In this document: positions 47,757-59,726 of the stretch, piece after piece
Numbering within the stretch: the first letter of the stretch is position 1
Layout: each line of letters opens with the position of its first letter
Source of the DNA: an uncultured Actinomycetes bacterium
GTDB lineage: Bacteria; Actinomycetota; UBA4738; HRBIN12
Reading direction: 5' to 3'
Length of the DNA stretch: 64,000 nucleotides
Assembly: GCA_963704725.1 (NCBI GenBank)
Contig: OY969934.1
Span: 1,376,001-1,440,000, forward strand
Notes under the pieces: generated by a model
Database searches by the model: none
What the model was told of the DNA's origin: nothing
The model's input: only the letters and a program-made list of their open reading frames with translations
Position numbers and translations under genes: made by a program

Positions 47757-49430
47757 ATGGCGCTGAACATCGAAGCGTTCGACCCGAAGCGGATCGCCGA
47801 GGCCCTGCGGCGCAACGTGGAGGGCTGGACCCCGTCGGTCGAGCGCGAAGAGGTGGGCCGGGTCCTCCTCGCGGGCGACGGCATCGCGCGGGTCAAGGGC
47901 CTGCCGAACGCGATGGCCAACGAGCTGCTCGAGTTCCCCGGCGGCGTCCTCGGCCTGGCGTCCAACCTGGACGAGGACGACATCGGCTGCATCATCCTCG
48001 GCGAGTCCGAGCACATCGAGGAGGGGGATCTCGTCAAGCAGACGGGGCGGGTCCTCTCGGTGCCGGTGGGGGACGGGTTCCTCGGCCGGGTGATCGACCC
48101 GCTCGGCAACCCCATCGACGGGAACGGGCCGATCCAGGCGGCCGATCGGCGTATCCTCGAGGTCCAGGCGGCGAACGTGATCGATCGCCAGCCGGTGAAG
48201 GAACCGCTGCAGACCGGGATCGCGGCGATCGACGCGATGACGCCGATCGGGCGGGGCCAGCGCGAGCTCATCATCGGCGACCGGCAGACGGGCAAGACCG
48301 CGATCGCGATCGACGCCATCATCGCCCAGCGCGACAACTGGGCGAGCGGCGACCCCAAGCGGCAGGTCCGGTGCATCTACGTCGCGGTCGGCCAGAAGGC
48401 GTCGACCGTGGCCGAGGTCGTGGAGACCTTCCGCGCCAACGGCGCCCTCGACTACACGGTGATCGTGAACGCGTCGGCCTCCGACCCGGCGCCGTTCCAG
48501 TACATCGCGCCGTACTCGGGCGCGGCCCTCGGCGCGTACTGGATGTACGAGGGCCTGCACGCCTTGGCGGTCTACGATGACCTGTCGAAGCAGGCCACCG
48601 CCTACCGGACGCTGTCGCTGCTGCTGCGGCGGCCGCCCGGACGCGAGGCCTATCCGGGCGACGTGTTCTACCTGCACTCGCGGCTGCTCGAGCGCGCCGC
48701 CAAGCTCTCGGACCGGCTTGGCGGAGGTTCGCTCACCGCGCTGCCGATCATCGAGACCAAGGGCAACGACGTGTCGGCGTACATCCCCACCAACGTCATC
48801 TCGATCACGGACGGCCAGATCTACCTGGAGCCCGACCTGTTCTTCGCCGGCGTGCGGCCCGCGATCAACGTCGGCATCTCGGTGTCGCGGGTCGGCGGCA
48901 ACGCCCAGATCAAGGCGATGAAGAAGGTGGCCGGGCGGCTGCGCATCGACCTCGCGCAGTACCGGGCGCTCGAGGCGTTCGCCCAGTTCGGCTCCGAGCT
49001 CGACAAGGCCTCGCAGCGCCAGCTGGCGCGGGGCGCTCGGGTCGTCGAGATCCTGAAGCAGCCCCAGTACCGGCCGGCGTCCGTCGAGCGCCAGGTGGTG
49101 GCGATCTGGGTGGGGACGGGTGGGTACCTCGACGACCTGGTGGTGGAGGACGCGAGGCGCTTCGTCGACGAGTTCCTCGACCGGCTCGCCGCCGGGACCA
49201 AGGTCCTGGACTCGATCCGCGAGTCCGGGGATCTCTCGGACGAGACCGAGGCCACGTTGAAGCAGGCCATCGAGGACTTCACCCATGCCTTCGCGGCCAC
49301 GGATCCCGACGCGGGAAGCGAGCACGGGGCGGGCCCCGGCGGCGCGCGCGATGCGATCCGCGAGGACGTCGGGTGGGAGCGAATCTCCTCCCACGACGAC
49401 GTCGACGACGCCGAGGTTCCGGGCGAGTAG
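47757..49430 (+). CDS. atpA: ATP synthase F1 alpha
   Basis: [22 protein letters not shown]. Confidence 0.97.
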   Translation: MALNIEAFDPKRIAEALRRNVEGWTPSVEREEVGRVLLAGDGIARVKGLPNAMANELLEFPGGVLGLASNLDEDDIGCIILGESEHIEEGDLVKQTGRVLSVPVGDGFLGRVIDPLGNPIDGNGPIQAADRRILEVQAANVIDRQPVKEPLQTGIAAIDAMTPIGRGQRELIIGDRQTGKTAIAIDAIIAQRDNWASGDPKRQVRCIYVAVGQKASTVAEVVETFRANGALDYTVIVNASASDPAPFQYIAPYSGAALGAYWMYEGLHALAVYDDLSKQATAYRTLSLLLRRPPGREAYPGDVFYLHSRLLERAAKLSDRLGGGSLTALPIIETKGNDVSAYIPTNVISITDGQIYLEPDLFFAGVRPAINVGISVSRVGGNAQIKAMKKVAGRLRIDLAQYRALEAFAQFGSELDKASQRQLARGARVVEILKQPQYRPASVERQVVAIWVGTGGYLDDLVVEDARRFVDEFLDRLAAGTKVLDSIRESGDLSDETEATLKQAIEDFTHAFAATDPDAGSEHGAGPGGARDAIREDVGWERISSHDDVDDAEVPGE

Positions 49431-49433
49431 CGG

Positions 49434-50321
49434 ATGGGTGCGCAGCTCCGGGTCGTCCGCCGGCGGATCCGCTCGGTCCAGTCGACGATGAAGATCACGC
49501 GGGCCATGGAGCTCATCGCGGCCTCGCGCATCGTGAAGGCCCAGCAGCGTGTGATCGAGGCCCGGCCCTACGCCGACCTGCTCACGTCGGCCATGGAGGA
49601 CGTCGCCCGGCAGACCGGGTTCCTCGTCCACCCCCTGCTGGAGGAGCGGGAGCACCCCGAGCGGGCCGGGGTCCTCGTGATGACCTCGGACCGGGGGCTC
49701 TCGGGCTCGTACAACGCCAACGTCCTCAAGCGGGCCGAGGCGGTGCTCGGCCGCGTCCGGCGCGCCGGCCACGAGCCCGTGATCTACGCAGTCGGCAAGA
49801 AGTCGATCGGGTACTTCCGGTTCCGCGCGGTGCCGGTCGAGGCGTCGTGGTCCGGTTTCTCGGAGGTGCCGAACTACCCGGCCGCCGAGGAGATCGGCGC
49901 GCGATTGATCCGGGACTTCGCGGAGCGCCGGATCGACCAGCTCTTCGTCGTCTACACCGATTTCCGGACGTCGTTCACGTTCCGCGCCACGGACAAGCGG
50001 TTCCTGCCGATCGCGCCCGAGGAGGTCGGTCATCCGGAGGGCCCGCCGAGCGCGGAGTACCTGTTCGAGCCGGAGCCGGCGGAGATCCTCGACGACCTGC
50101 TTCCCCAGTACGTCGTGACGAAGATCTTCTTCGCGCTGCTCGAGTCCGCGGCGTCCGAGAACGCGGCGCGCCAGCGGGCCATGGCCGCCGCGACCGACAA
50201 CGCCGAGGAGCTCATCAAGGTGCTTACCCGGCAGGCCAACCGGGCCCGCCAGGACGAGATCACCACGGAGATCATGGAGATCGTGGGCGGCGCCGAGGCG
50301 CTCGCGCACGCAGAGGAGTGA
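49434..50321 (+). CDS. atpG: ATP synthase F1 gamma
   Basis: KITRAMELIA, TSDRGL and RQDEITTEI. Confidence 0.96.
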   Translation: MGAQLRVVRRRIRSVQSTMKITRAMELIAASRIVKAQQRVIEARPYADLLTSAMEDVARQTGFLVHPLLEEREHPERAGVLVMTSDRGLSGSYNANVLKRAEAVLGRVRRAGHEPVIYAVGKKSIGYFRFRAVPVEASWSGFSEVPNYPAAEEIGARLIRDFAERRIDQLFVVYTDFRTSFTFRATDKRFLPIAPEEVGHPEGPPSAEYLFEPEPAEILDDLLPQYVVTKIFFALLESAASENAARQRAMAAATDNAEELIKVLTRQANRARQDEITTEIMEIVGGAEALAHAEE

Positions 50322-51752
<1,431 letters not shown>

Positions 51753-51754
51753 CC

Positions 51755-52153
51755 TTGGCCACGATGGACGTGCACCTCGTCACGCCCGAGCGGGAGGTGT
51801 GGACCGGCCGGGCCCAGATGGTCGTGGCCAAGGGGGTCGAGGGCATGGTGGGCATCCTGCCCGGCCACGCCCCGCTCCTGATCCGCCTCGCGATCTCGGA
51901 GATGAAGCTCCAGCTCGAGGACGGGAGGTGGGAGTTCGCGGTGGCGGACGGGGGGTTCCTGCACGTCACGACCGGCGAGGAGGGAACCCGCGTCGACATC
52001 CTGGCGTCCCACGCGCAGATGGCGGGCGAGATCGACGCGGTCGCGGCGCAGGCCCGTGTGGCGGAGCTCGAACGTCAGCTCGCGCAGCACGCGGACGCGG
52101 GAGCCGCGGTCGAGCTGGCCAAAGCCCACGCCCGGGCGAACCTGCGCCGGTGA
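51755..52153 (+). CDS. atpC: ATP synthase F1 epsilon
   Basis: LVTPE, GILPGHAPL and GGF; alternative start at 51764. Confidence 0.93.
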   Translation: MATMDVHLVTPEREVWTGRAQMVVAKGVEGMVGILPGHAPLLIRLAISEMKLQLEDGRWEFAVADGGFLHVTTGEEGTRVDILASHAQMAGEIDAVAAQARVAELERQLAQHADAGAAVELAKAHARANLRR

Positions 52154-52197
52154 GGGTCCTGGGGGCCGCGCTCCCGCGGCCCTAGGATGGGAGGCAC

Positions 52198-53469
52198 ATG
52201 GATCGACTCCTGGTGACGGGGGGGACGAGCCTTCAGGGTGTCGTGCCCATCGCCGGCGCGAAGAACTCGGCGCTGAAGCTCATGTCGGCCGCGCTCCTTG
52301 CTCGCGGTCGGACCACGATCCACAACGTCCCCCGGATCCAGGACTGCGTGACGATGGTCGAGGTGCTCGAGGGTCTGGGCGCCGCGTGCCTGTGGGAGGA
52401 CGGCACGCTCGTCGTCGATACGACCTCGGTGGAGCCGCTCGAGACCCCTTACGAGCTGGTGAGCCGGATGCGCGCCTCGATCCTGGTCCTCGGCCCGCTC
52501 CTGGCCCGGTTCGGCCACGCGCGGGTGGCGATGCCCGGCGGGTGCAACATCGGATCGCGCAAGATCGACCTCCACGTCCGCGGCCTCGAGAAGATGGGCG
52601 CGCGCTTCTCCTCCGAGCACGGCTATCTCGAGGGGACCACCGCCGGTCTCCGCGGCGCGATCATCTCGCTCGACTTCCCGAGCGTCGGGGCGACCGAGAA
52701 CGTGATGATGGCCGCCGTCGCCGCGCGGGGCACGACCGTCATCGAGAACGCCGCCCGCGAGCCCGAGCTCTCGGACCTCGCCGCCTTCCTGTCGTCGATG
52801 GGGGCCAGGATCGAGGGGGTCGGAACCCCCACCGTGGAGATCGAGGGCATCGACGAGTTCCGGCCGACCGAGCACACGGTCCTGCCGGACCGGGTGGAGG
52901 CCGGCACGTTCGCCGTCGCGGCGTGCGTCACGGGCGGCAGCGTGGTGTTGGACGGCGCCCGCAGCGATCACATGGACCTGGTCTTCTCCAAGCTCGCGGA
53001 CGCGGGGGCCGACGTGCTCGCGGTCGAGGGCGGCGTGGCGGTGTCCATGGAGCGCCGGCCCCGCGCCGTCGACCTCGTGACCCTGCCGTACCCGGGCTTC
53101 CCCACGGACCTGCAGCCCCAGATGATGGCGCTGCTCGCGATCTCCGACGGGACGAGCATCGTCACCGAGAACGTGTTCGAGAGCCGGTTCATGTTCGTCG
53201 ACGAGCTGAACCGGATGGGCGCCGACATCCGTACCGAGGGGCACCACGCCGTGATCCGCGGGGTCGACCGGCTCTCGGCCGCTCCCGTGCGCGCCCTGGA
53301 CATCCGAGCCGGCGCCGCCATGGTGATCGCCGCGCTCTCGGCCGACGGGGTGACCGAGATCAACGACATGTACCACGTCGATCGCGGCTACCAGGACTTC
53401 GAGGCGAAGATGACCGCGCTCGGCGCCCGGGTCCGTCGCGAACGCCAGCTCTCGCCCGCCCTGTCGTGA
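52198..53469 (+). CDS. murA: UDP-N-acetylglucosamine 1-carboxyvinyltransferase
   Basis: GAKNS, MRAS, PGGCNIG (Cys type), SVGATEN, PGFPTD and DRGY. Confidence 0.96.
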   Translation: MDRLLVTGGTSLQGVVPIAGAKNSALKLMSAALLARGRTTIHNVPRIQDCVTMVEVLEGLGAACLWEDGTLVVDTTSVEPLETPYELVSRMRASILVLGPLLARFGHARVAMPGGCNIGSRKIDLHVRGLEKMGARFSSEHGYLEGTTAGLRGAIISLDFPSVGATENVMMAAVAARGTTVIENAAREPELSDLAAFLSSMGARIEGVGTPTVEIEGIDEFRPTEHTVLPDRVEAGTFAVAACVTGGSVVLDGARSDHMDLVFSKLADAGADVLAVEGGVAVSMERRPRAVDLVTLPYPGFPTDLQPQMMALLAISDGTSIVTENVFESRFMFVDELNRMGADIRTEGHHAVIRGVDRLSAAPVRALDIRAGAAMVIAALSADGVTEINDMYHVDRGYQDFEAKMTALGARVRRERQLSPALS

Positions 53470-55190
53470 CCCGCGCGCGTCTCGGCGCGCTTCTCGGCGT
53501 GTGCGCGCTCGTGTGGATCCCGGCGTCGACCGTCCCCTCCCGCGCCGACCTCGCGGCCGCCAAGGAGGCCTACGTCTTCCTCGTCGAGGGCGTGGCGTTG
53601 CCCGACCTCCTGCCGATCCCCGGCGGCGGCGTCGCCCTGCTGAGCGGCGGCGCCGACCTCCCCGGGCGGCTCCGATCCCTGGCCCGCGACCCCGCGGTCC
53701 ACGTCGTGGACCTCGGCTCCCTCGAGGGACCGGGCACCGGGGACGCGGCCGTCCCCGTCGTGGACGGCGACCGGCTCCTGCGGGCCTGGGACGCGATCCG
53801 GGCCGAGCTCCGCGCGTCGAGGGCGACCCGCGTGCTCCTGGTGATCGCCTCGACGACCCCCCCGAGCGGGTATCCGGCCCCGGTCACGCCGATCGCCCTG
53901 GCTGCGGGCGACCCAGCGACGCTCCTGCCGGCGGGCCCCGGGCCGGTGGCCGTGGTGGGGAGCGAGCTGCACGCGCTGACCTCGGACTCCACCCGGCGAA
54001 CCGGCGTCGTCGTGGGAGCGGACGTCGTCCCGACCGTTCGGGCGTTCCTCGGCCTGCCCGAGGGGGACGACGGGTTCCCCATCCGTTCCACCGACGACCC
54101 GTGGCCGTTCGAGCTGCACGAGCGGTACCTGGCGCAGCGGCAGCTCTACGTGCCGATCGGGACGGCGGCGGCGCTGTACCTCACCGCCGCCGGCCTGCTC
54201 GGGGTCGCGTTCCTCGTCACCCGCCGGCGGGTCCCGCAGGGGTGGCGGCGGGTGGCCGCCTGGGGGACGCTCTCGGTGCCGATGCTGGCCACCGGGATGC
54301 TCGCGGCCGGACACCTCCCCGACCTGTCCTATGCCACCGCCGTGCCGATGATCGCGATCGTCACGGTGTTCGGGACGATGGCGTTCTCGCCGCTCGAGCG
54401 GGCGGACCCCACGCTGATCCCGGCGGGGATCGGCGCCGCCGTCCTCGGCCTCGGCGTCGTCGAGGCCATCCTCGGCTGGTCGGGGATGCTCACGCCGTTG
54501 CTGGGGGGCTCCCAGCTCGACGGCGGCCGCTTCTACGGCCTGCCGAACGTGGCGATCGGCCTCCTGGTGGGTGCCGCGCTGTGGGTGGCGCAGCGGCTGC
54601 GAACGCGCGACGGCTTCGTGCTCCTGTGCCTGCTGGGGCTGTTCGCCGGGCTCCCGTTCGTGGGTGCGAACCTCGGCGGCGCGGTGACCGCCTTCGCCGC
54701 CGCCGGGCTGTGGCTCGCCGTCCGCCGGCGGGAACGCCTGGGCGCGTGGCGGGGCGCCGGCGTCGCGCTCGGCGTGACGGCGGTCGGCGCCGCGGTGATC
54801 CTGGTGGCGCACGCGATCTCGCCGGTCCAGACGCACGTCTCCCGACTCGAGCAGAGCGGTGGCGGGGTCGGCGGCATCCTGGACAAGGTCGGCGATCGTC
54901 TCCAGGTCGGGTTCGACCTGATCGCGCGGAGCCCGGCGGCGCTCGTTCCCGTGCTCGGGCTCCCCGTCGTGCTGTTCTTCGTGCTGCGGCCGCCCGCCGT
55001 GATCGCCGCCACGTTCGAGCGGTGGCCGGCGTGGCGGGACGCCGTGCTGGTGACGATCCTCGCCGGGATCGTCGCGTACGTGGTGAACGACTCCGGCCCC
55101 GCGGCGGCCGGCCTGGCCTTCGGTCTCGGCCTGGGCGGGATGCTGGCCGTGTCGCTCCTCGCCGTCCGGGGCAAGATGGAGGGGCCATGA
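53466..55190 (+). CDS. Uncharacterised membrane protein (extracellular N-domain plus about 10 TM)
   Basis: Signal peptide; [15 protein letters not shown] and NDSG motifs; overlaps the murA stop. Confidence 0.7.
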   Translation: MTRARLGALLGVCALVWIPASTVPSRADLAAAKEAYVFLVEGVALPDLLPIPGGGVALLSGGADLPGRLRSLARDPAVHVVDLGSLEGPGTGDAAVPVVDGDRLLRAWDAIRAELRASRATRVLLVIASTTPPSGYPAPVTPIALAAGDPATLLPAGPGPVAVVGSELHALTSDSTRRTGVVVGADVVPTVRAFLGLPEGDDGFPIRSTDDPWPFELHERYLAQRQLYVPIGTAAALYLTAAGLLGVAFLVTRRRVPQGWRRVAAWGTLSVPMLATGMLAAGHLPDLSYATAVPMIAIVTVFGTMAFSPLERADPTLIPAGIGAAVLGLGVVEAILGWSGMLTPLLGGSQLDGGRFYGLPNVAIGLLVGAALWVAQRLRTRDGFVLLCLLGLFAGLPFVGANLGGAVTAFAAAGLWLAVRRRERLGAWRGAGVALGVTAVGAAVILVAHAISPVQTHVSRLEQSGGGVGGILDKVGDRLQVGFDLIARSPAALVPVLGLPVVLFFVLRPPAVIAATFERWPAWRDAVLVTILAGIVAYVVNDSGPAAAGLAFGLGLGGMLAVSLLAVRGKMEGP

Positions 55191-55984
55191 GCGCCGATCA
55201 GGTCCCGCCGCGGCCCGACGGCGTGCTCCCCGTGCCGCCGCCGCCCGCTCGCGCCGCCGGGAGCGGGATGGGCGGCCGCCCCACCGCCACCTGGAACCTG
55301 TGGGAGGCCGTCGGGATCTACGTGCTGGCCCTGTTGATCGGCGGCATCGCCGCGGTTCCGGTCCTGGCGCTCCTGGGCGAGACCGACGCCGCGGACCTGT
55401 CCGCCTCGGCCGTCGCCGCGATCGTCACCGTGGGGGTTCTCCTGGCCTGGCTCACCCACTCGCACCGGACGTGGCGAGAGGTGATCGGCCTTCCCGCTCC
55501 GGGGACCTGGTGGCGCGAGATCCGGTCCGCCGTGGGGTTTGGCCTGCTGCTCTACCCCGTGATGGCCTTCGGGGTGGGTCTCGTCGTGAGCGCCCTGCTC
55601 TCCGCCGTTTCCGGACACACGGCGCAGACCCCGGAGCAGGTGCCGCCCGATCTGCCGGCGCTGGGGGTGGCGGTGGCCGTGCTCTACGCCATCGTGATCG
55701 CCCCGATCCACGAGGAGCTCTTCTTCCGCGGCATCTTGTTCCGGGCGGCCGGGGACCGGTACGGTCTCGTCGCCGGGCTGCTCGTGTCGGGGCTCGGCTT
55801 CGCGCTGATCCACTACGTCCCCGATCCCTGGCAGGACGCGCTGCTCTTGATGGGCGTGATGTTCTTCAACGGGATGGCGCTGGCGTGGTGGTACGCGCGG
55901 AGGGGGACCATCGTGGCCTCGATGGTGGCGCACATGACGTTCAACGTGATCGGCCTGACCCTGATCCTGGCGCTGGGGTCGTAG
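55187..55984 (+). CDS. CPBP (CAAX/Abi) intramembrane protease
   Basis: APIHEELFFRG, FALIH and AHMTFN. Confidence 0.9.
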   Translation: MSADQVPPRPDGVLPVPPPPARAAGSGMGGRPTATWNLWEAVGIYVLALLIGGIAAVPVLALLGETDAADLSASAVAAIVTVGVLLAWLTHSHRTWREVIGLPAPGTWWREIRSAVGFGLLLYPVMAFGVGLVVSALLSAVSGHTAQTPEQVPPDLPALGVAVAVLYAIVIAPIHEELFFRGILFRAAGDRYGLVAGLLVSGLGFALIHYVPDPWQDALLLMGVMFFNGMALAWWYARRGTIVASMVAHMTFNVIGLTLILALGS

Positions 55985-56022
55985 GTCGGCCGCGGGATGG
56001 TCCGAGAGGGGAGAGGGGATCG

Positions 56023-56457
56023 ATGGCGCTGTTCCCGAGCGAGGAGTGGGTCTCGGTCTACCGGGATCGCATCAACGGGTCGGCCGACTACCGTGACGCC
56101 GCCGCCACCTGGGAGGGCGCGGTCGCGTTCGTCTTCGAGGCCGAGCCCGACCACGGCGTGCCGCAGGACCTGTGCGCGTACCTCGACCTGTGGCACGGCG
56201 AGTGCCGGCGGGCGGCGATGCTCGGGGCCGACGACACCGGAGAAGCTCCCTTCGTGATCCGGGCGCCGTACTCCCGGTGGAAGGAGGTCGTGCGCGGCGA
56301 TCTCGACCCGGTCAAGGGCATGATGCAGGGCAAGCTGAGGTTGGAGGGGGACCTGGCGACGATCGTGCGGTACGTGCGGGCGGCCAACGAGCTCGTCCAC
56401 CTCACGATGCAGGTGCCGACCGAGTTCCTCGACGAGCGGCCCACCGCGACGGCCTGA
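56023..56457 (+). CDS. SCP2 sterol/lipid-binding domain protein
   Basis: FPSEEW, LDLWHGEC and LDPVKGMMQGKLRLEGD. Confidence 0.85.
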   Translation: MALFPSEEWVSVYRDRINGSADYRDAAATWEGAVAFVFEAEPDHGVPQDLCAYLDLWHGECRRAAMLGADDTGEAPFVIRAPYSRWKEVVRGDLDPVKGMMQGKLRLEGDLATIVRYVRAANELVHLTMQVPTEFLDERPTATA

Positions 56458-56461
56458 TCCC

Positions 56462-57502
56462 GTGCGCGCGGTCGTCTTCCGGGGGCCGGGGGTCGTCGAG
56501 GTCGCCGACGTCCCCGAGCCCGAGCTGCTCGATCCGCGGGACGCGATCGTCCGGGTCTCGACCGCCGCGATCTGCGGATCCGACCTGCACTTCTTCCACG
56601 GGAAGGCGCCGCTCGAGCTGGGCGACACGATGGGCCACGAGGCGGTGGGGTTCGTCGAGCACGCCGGTGACGGACTCCGGCGCGCCTGGGCCGGCCGCAG
56701 GGTCGTGGCCGCGTTCAACATCGCCTGCGGGACGTGCTGGTTCTGCGCCCACGGCCAGAGCCAGCTCTGCGAGGACGCGCGCATCCTCGGGGCGGGCCTG
56801 TTCGGCGGCGCCCTGGGCGGCGCGCAGGCCGAGCTCGTGCGGATCCCCGACGCCGACGTGAACCTGCTCGCGGTCCCCGACGACGTCGAGGACGAGCGCG
56901 CCATCTTCGTGGGCGACGTGCTCTCGAGCGCGTTCCACGCGGCCACGGTGGCGGCGATCGAGCCCGGCGAGACGGTCGCCGTCCTCGGGGCGGGCCCCGT
57001 CGGGTACCTGGTCGCCCAGGCCGCGATGACCCACGGGCCGGCCGAGGTGATCTCGATCGACCTCGAGCCTGACCGACTCGCCCTGGCCGAGGCCTCGGGC
57101 GCCGTGCCGGTGAACGCCCGCGAGCGCAACCCGCAGAGCGCCGTGTTCGAGCGGACCGGCGGCCGGGGCGCGGACGTCGTGATCGAGGCCGTCGGAACGG
57201 CCACCGCCTTCGAGGAGGCGCTCGAGGTGGTGCGCCGGGGCGGGCGGGTCGTGGTCGTCGGCGTCTACGCGAGCGAGGTCGTCCAGGCGCAGCTCGGTGT
57301 GTGGTGGGCGCGCGCCCTCGACGTGCGGTTCACGGGCCTGTGCCCCGTGCACGGCGTGTGGGAGCGGGCGATGGCCGAGGTGCGACGCCGGGCGATCGAT
57401 CCGCTCCCCCTCGTGTCGCACCGGCTCTCGCTCGAGGAGGCGCCGAAGGGGTACGAGCTCTTCGACGAGCGGCGGGCGACGAAGGTCCTGCTCGCGCCGT
57501 GA
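56462..57502 (+). CDS. Zn-dependent alcohol dehydrogenase (FDH-like MDR)
   Basis: ICGSDLH, GHE, CGTCWFC...C and GAGPVG. Confidence 0.9.
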   Translation: MRAVVFRGPGVVEVADVPEPELLDPRDAIVRVSTAAICGSDLHFFHGKAPLELGDTMGHEAVGFVEHAGDGLRRAWAGRRVVAAFNIACGTCWFCAHGQSQLCEDARILGAGLFGGALGGAQAELVRIPDADVNLLAVPDDVEDERAIFVGDVLSSAFHAATVAAIEPGETVAVLGAGPVGYLVAQAAMTHGPAEVISIDLEPDRLALAEASGAVPVNARERNPQSAVFERTGGRGADVVIEAVGTATAFEEALEVVRRGGRVVVVGVYASEVVQAQLGVWWARALDVRFTGLCPVHGVWERAMAEVRRRAIDPLPLVSHRLSLEEAPKGYELFDERRATKVLLAP

Positions 57503-57915
57503 CGCCGCCCATGCTGCTCGCCGACGACGAGCCGAACGCGTTCGCGGGGATGCTGGCCGGGCTGATCGAGGCGAACCTGGCCCGCCACCCGCGTCGCGCC
57601 TCCCTGCTGCGCCCGGCCACCGTGGAGCTCGAGGCCACCGACGCCGGCGTGGCGGTGGCCGTCCGTACCCGGCGGGGCGAGGTTCGGATCGCGAACGGGC
57701 CGGCGAACCCCGGGTTCGACGTCCGCATCCGCGCCGGCGGCCAGGACCTGCTCGCGCTCGCGGCGGCGCCGCTCCTGCTCGGGTACCCGAACCCGCTGCG
57801 ACGGGACGGCCGGGCCGTTCTCGGTGGTCTGGCGCGGGGGCGGATCCGCGTCCATGGGCTCCTGCGCCATCCGGTCGTCCTGTCGCGGTTCGCCCGGCTG
57901 CTCTCGGTGACGTGA
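57499..57915 (+). CDS. Small protein, probable divergent SCP2-like fold
   Basis: Coupled ORF; beta-rich core and LARGRIRVHG ending resemble the SCP2 C-terminus. Confidence 0.6.
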   Translation: MTPPMLLADDEPNAFAGMLAGLIEANLARHPRRASLLRPATVELEATDAGVAVAVRTRRGEVRIANGPANPGFDVRIRAGGQDLLALAAAPLLLGYPNPLRRDGRAVLGGLARGRIRVHGLLRHPVVLSRFARLLSVT

Positions 57916-58487
57916 TGGATACGTCGGCGACGATCCTTCCCGCCCCGCCTGTCCGGGAGCGGAGGTTCCTGCCGGCGCTCGTCGTCCTCGTCGTCCTTCT
58001 CGGCGTGGTGTTCGGCGGGTACGTGGCGGCGGCGGCGCTCTCGTCGCCCGCGGGTTCCCCCGTGGACGTGGCCGGCCTGGTCCGCATCCGGCCCCTGTCG
58101 GGTTGGGAGCTGGCGCGCCGCTTCGGGGATCCGCCGGGGGTCCGGCTGACGCGGGGGAGTGCCAGCCTGGACGTGGCGGCCGGGGCGTTCTCGGGACCGT
58201 CGGCCGAGCTCCTGGAGGGGTACGTGCGGGAGGTGATCGAGGCGCAGGGCGACCAGGTCTCGGTCTCGCGGGTCGAGACGGTCTCGCTCGTGTCGGGGCT
58301 GGAGGGATCACAGGTCTCCTACGTCGGGGTGTTCGGCCGGGGCCAGACGCCGATCGAGGGCCGGCTCACCGCGGTGGTCTCCGCATCGGGCGTCGGGGTG
58401 GTCTTCGACGGCTGGGCCCCGAACGGGCTGCTGCGGTACGCGCAGGAGGACCTCCAGACGATGATCGAGCGCGCGGAGGTGGCGTGA
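57915..58487 (+). CDS. Single-TM membrane-anchored protein of unknown function
   Basis: TM FLPALVVLVVLLGVVFGG followed by an extracytoplasmic domain; translationally coupled on both sides. Confidence 0.7.
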   Translation: MDTSATILPAPPVRERRFLPALVVLVVLLGVVFGGYVAAAALSSPAGSPVDVAGLVRIRPLSGWELARRFGDPPGVRLTRGSASLDVAAGAFSGPSAELLEGYVREVIEAQGDQVSVSRVETVSLVSGLEGSQVSYVGVFGRGQTPIEGRLTAVVSASGVGVVFDGWAPNGLLRYAQEDLQTMIERAEVA

Positions 58488-59695
58488 TGGCGGTCGCGCC
58501 GGCGCCCCCGAGGATCCGAGCCGGCTGGGGCGGGCAGGCCTCGCTGTTCCAGACACGCCAGCCCGCCTTCTGGCTGTACGCGGCGATCGTCGCCGTGACC
58601 GGCTCGTACGCGTGGCAGGAGCAGCGCCTGTTCAGCGAGCTCTCGCCGTCGGGGTGGGCGCTGTCGTGGCTCCTGCTGCTCGTGTACGCGCTGCCGCTGT
58701 TCCTCGGGATCTACCTGCTGGACCTGTACGAACGCGAGCCCCTGTCCCTGGTGCTCGGGGCGCTCGTGTGGGGCGGCGTGGCCGCGACCGTCCTGTCGGC
58801 GCTGGCGAACCAGGGGTGGGGGCTGGTCGTGGCCCGGCTGGCGAGCCCGGAGTTCGCGTCGCGCTGGACGGCGGCGCTCACGGCGCCCTTCGTCGAGGAG
58901 ACGACGAAGGTGGCCGGCGTCGTGCTGATCTACCTCATCGCCCGTCGCGAGATGGACGACGTGATGGACGGGTTCGTGTACGGCGCGATGGTGGGGCTCG
59001 GCTTCGCCGTCGTCGAGGACGTCTTCTACTTCGTCGCCATCTTCGGAGGCTCGCCGGCCGGTGTGATCGCCGGGTTCTACGTCCGGATCGTCTCGAGCGG
59101 CCTCTACGGGCACGTCCTGTACACCGGGCTGTCGGGGATGGGGGTGGCGTACTTCACCTCGCGCGCCGGCGAGGAGCCTTTCCACCGAAGGCTGCTCGTC
59201 GCGACCCTGCTCTTCGCCGCCGGCGTCGGCGGCCACTTCCTGTGGAACTCGCCGCTGCTCAACTTCTTCCCGGGCAGCGTGCAGGGCCCGGTGGATTGGC
59301 TCCGGATCCCGCTCGCGGCGGCGGTGAAGGGATTGCCGCTGCTCGCCTTCGTGGTCGTCCTCGTCGCGCTGGCGCATCGGCGGGAGCGCGTCTGGCTCGG
59401 CGCCGCGCTGAGATCGGAGGCGGATACGCCGGCTCTGTCGCGGACCGAGCTGGGCATCCTCCTCGACGCGGGCGCCCGACGACGTTCGCGACACGACATG
59501 CGCGTGCGGGCGGGAGACGGCGCGGCCCGGCTGCTCAGGCGGCTGCAGCGGGAGCAGGTCAACCTGGCCATGGTCCGGTCGCGCGTGGCGGAGGGCGACG
59601 ACCCGGCGCTCGTCCGGCAGCGCCAGCTGTGCAAGTCGCTGCGGGACGCGCTGTTCGCCATCCCGGGCGCCGCGCCCGCGGCGGACGCACCCTGA
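58487..59695 (+). CDS. PrsW family intramembrane protease
   Basis: DLYEREP, APFVEETTK, GLGFAVVED, H-x-x-x-TG and HFLWN. Confidence 0.9.
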   Translation: MAVAPAPPRIRAGWGGQASLFQTRQPAFWLYAAIVAVTGSYAWQEQRLFSELSPSGWALSWLLLLVYALPLFLGIYLLDLYEREPLSLVLGALVWGGVAATVLSALANQGWGLVVARLASPEFASRWTAALTAPFVEETTKVAGVVLIYLIARREMDDVMDGFVYGAMVGLGFAVVEDVFYFVAIFGGSPAGVIAGFYVRIVSSGLYGHVLYTGLSGMGVAYFTSRAGEEPFHRRLLVATLLFAAGVGGHFLWNSPLLNFFPGSVQGPVDWLRIPLAAAVKGLPLLAFVVVLVALAHRRERVWLGAALRSEADTPALSRTELGILLDAGARRRSRHDMRVRAGDGAARLLRRLQREQVNLAMVRSRVAEGDDPALVRQRQLCKSLRDALFAIPGAAPAADAP

Positions 59696-59726
59696 CGCCA
59701 CCCCGAGCCGCGCGTAGGCTCCGGCC

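Noticed and set aside
52056-55190. Apparent 1044-aa ORF
   Set aside because: The first half is an off-frame overlap with murA; the real gene starts at GTG 53466
55187-55984. CPBP/Abi gene as phage defence
   Set aside because: Housekeeping context coupled to the murA block, with no defence genes nearby
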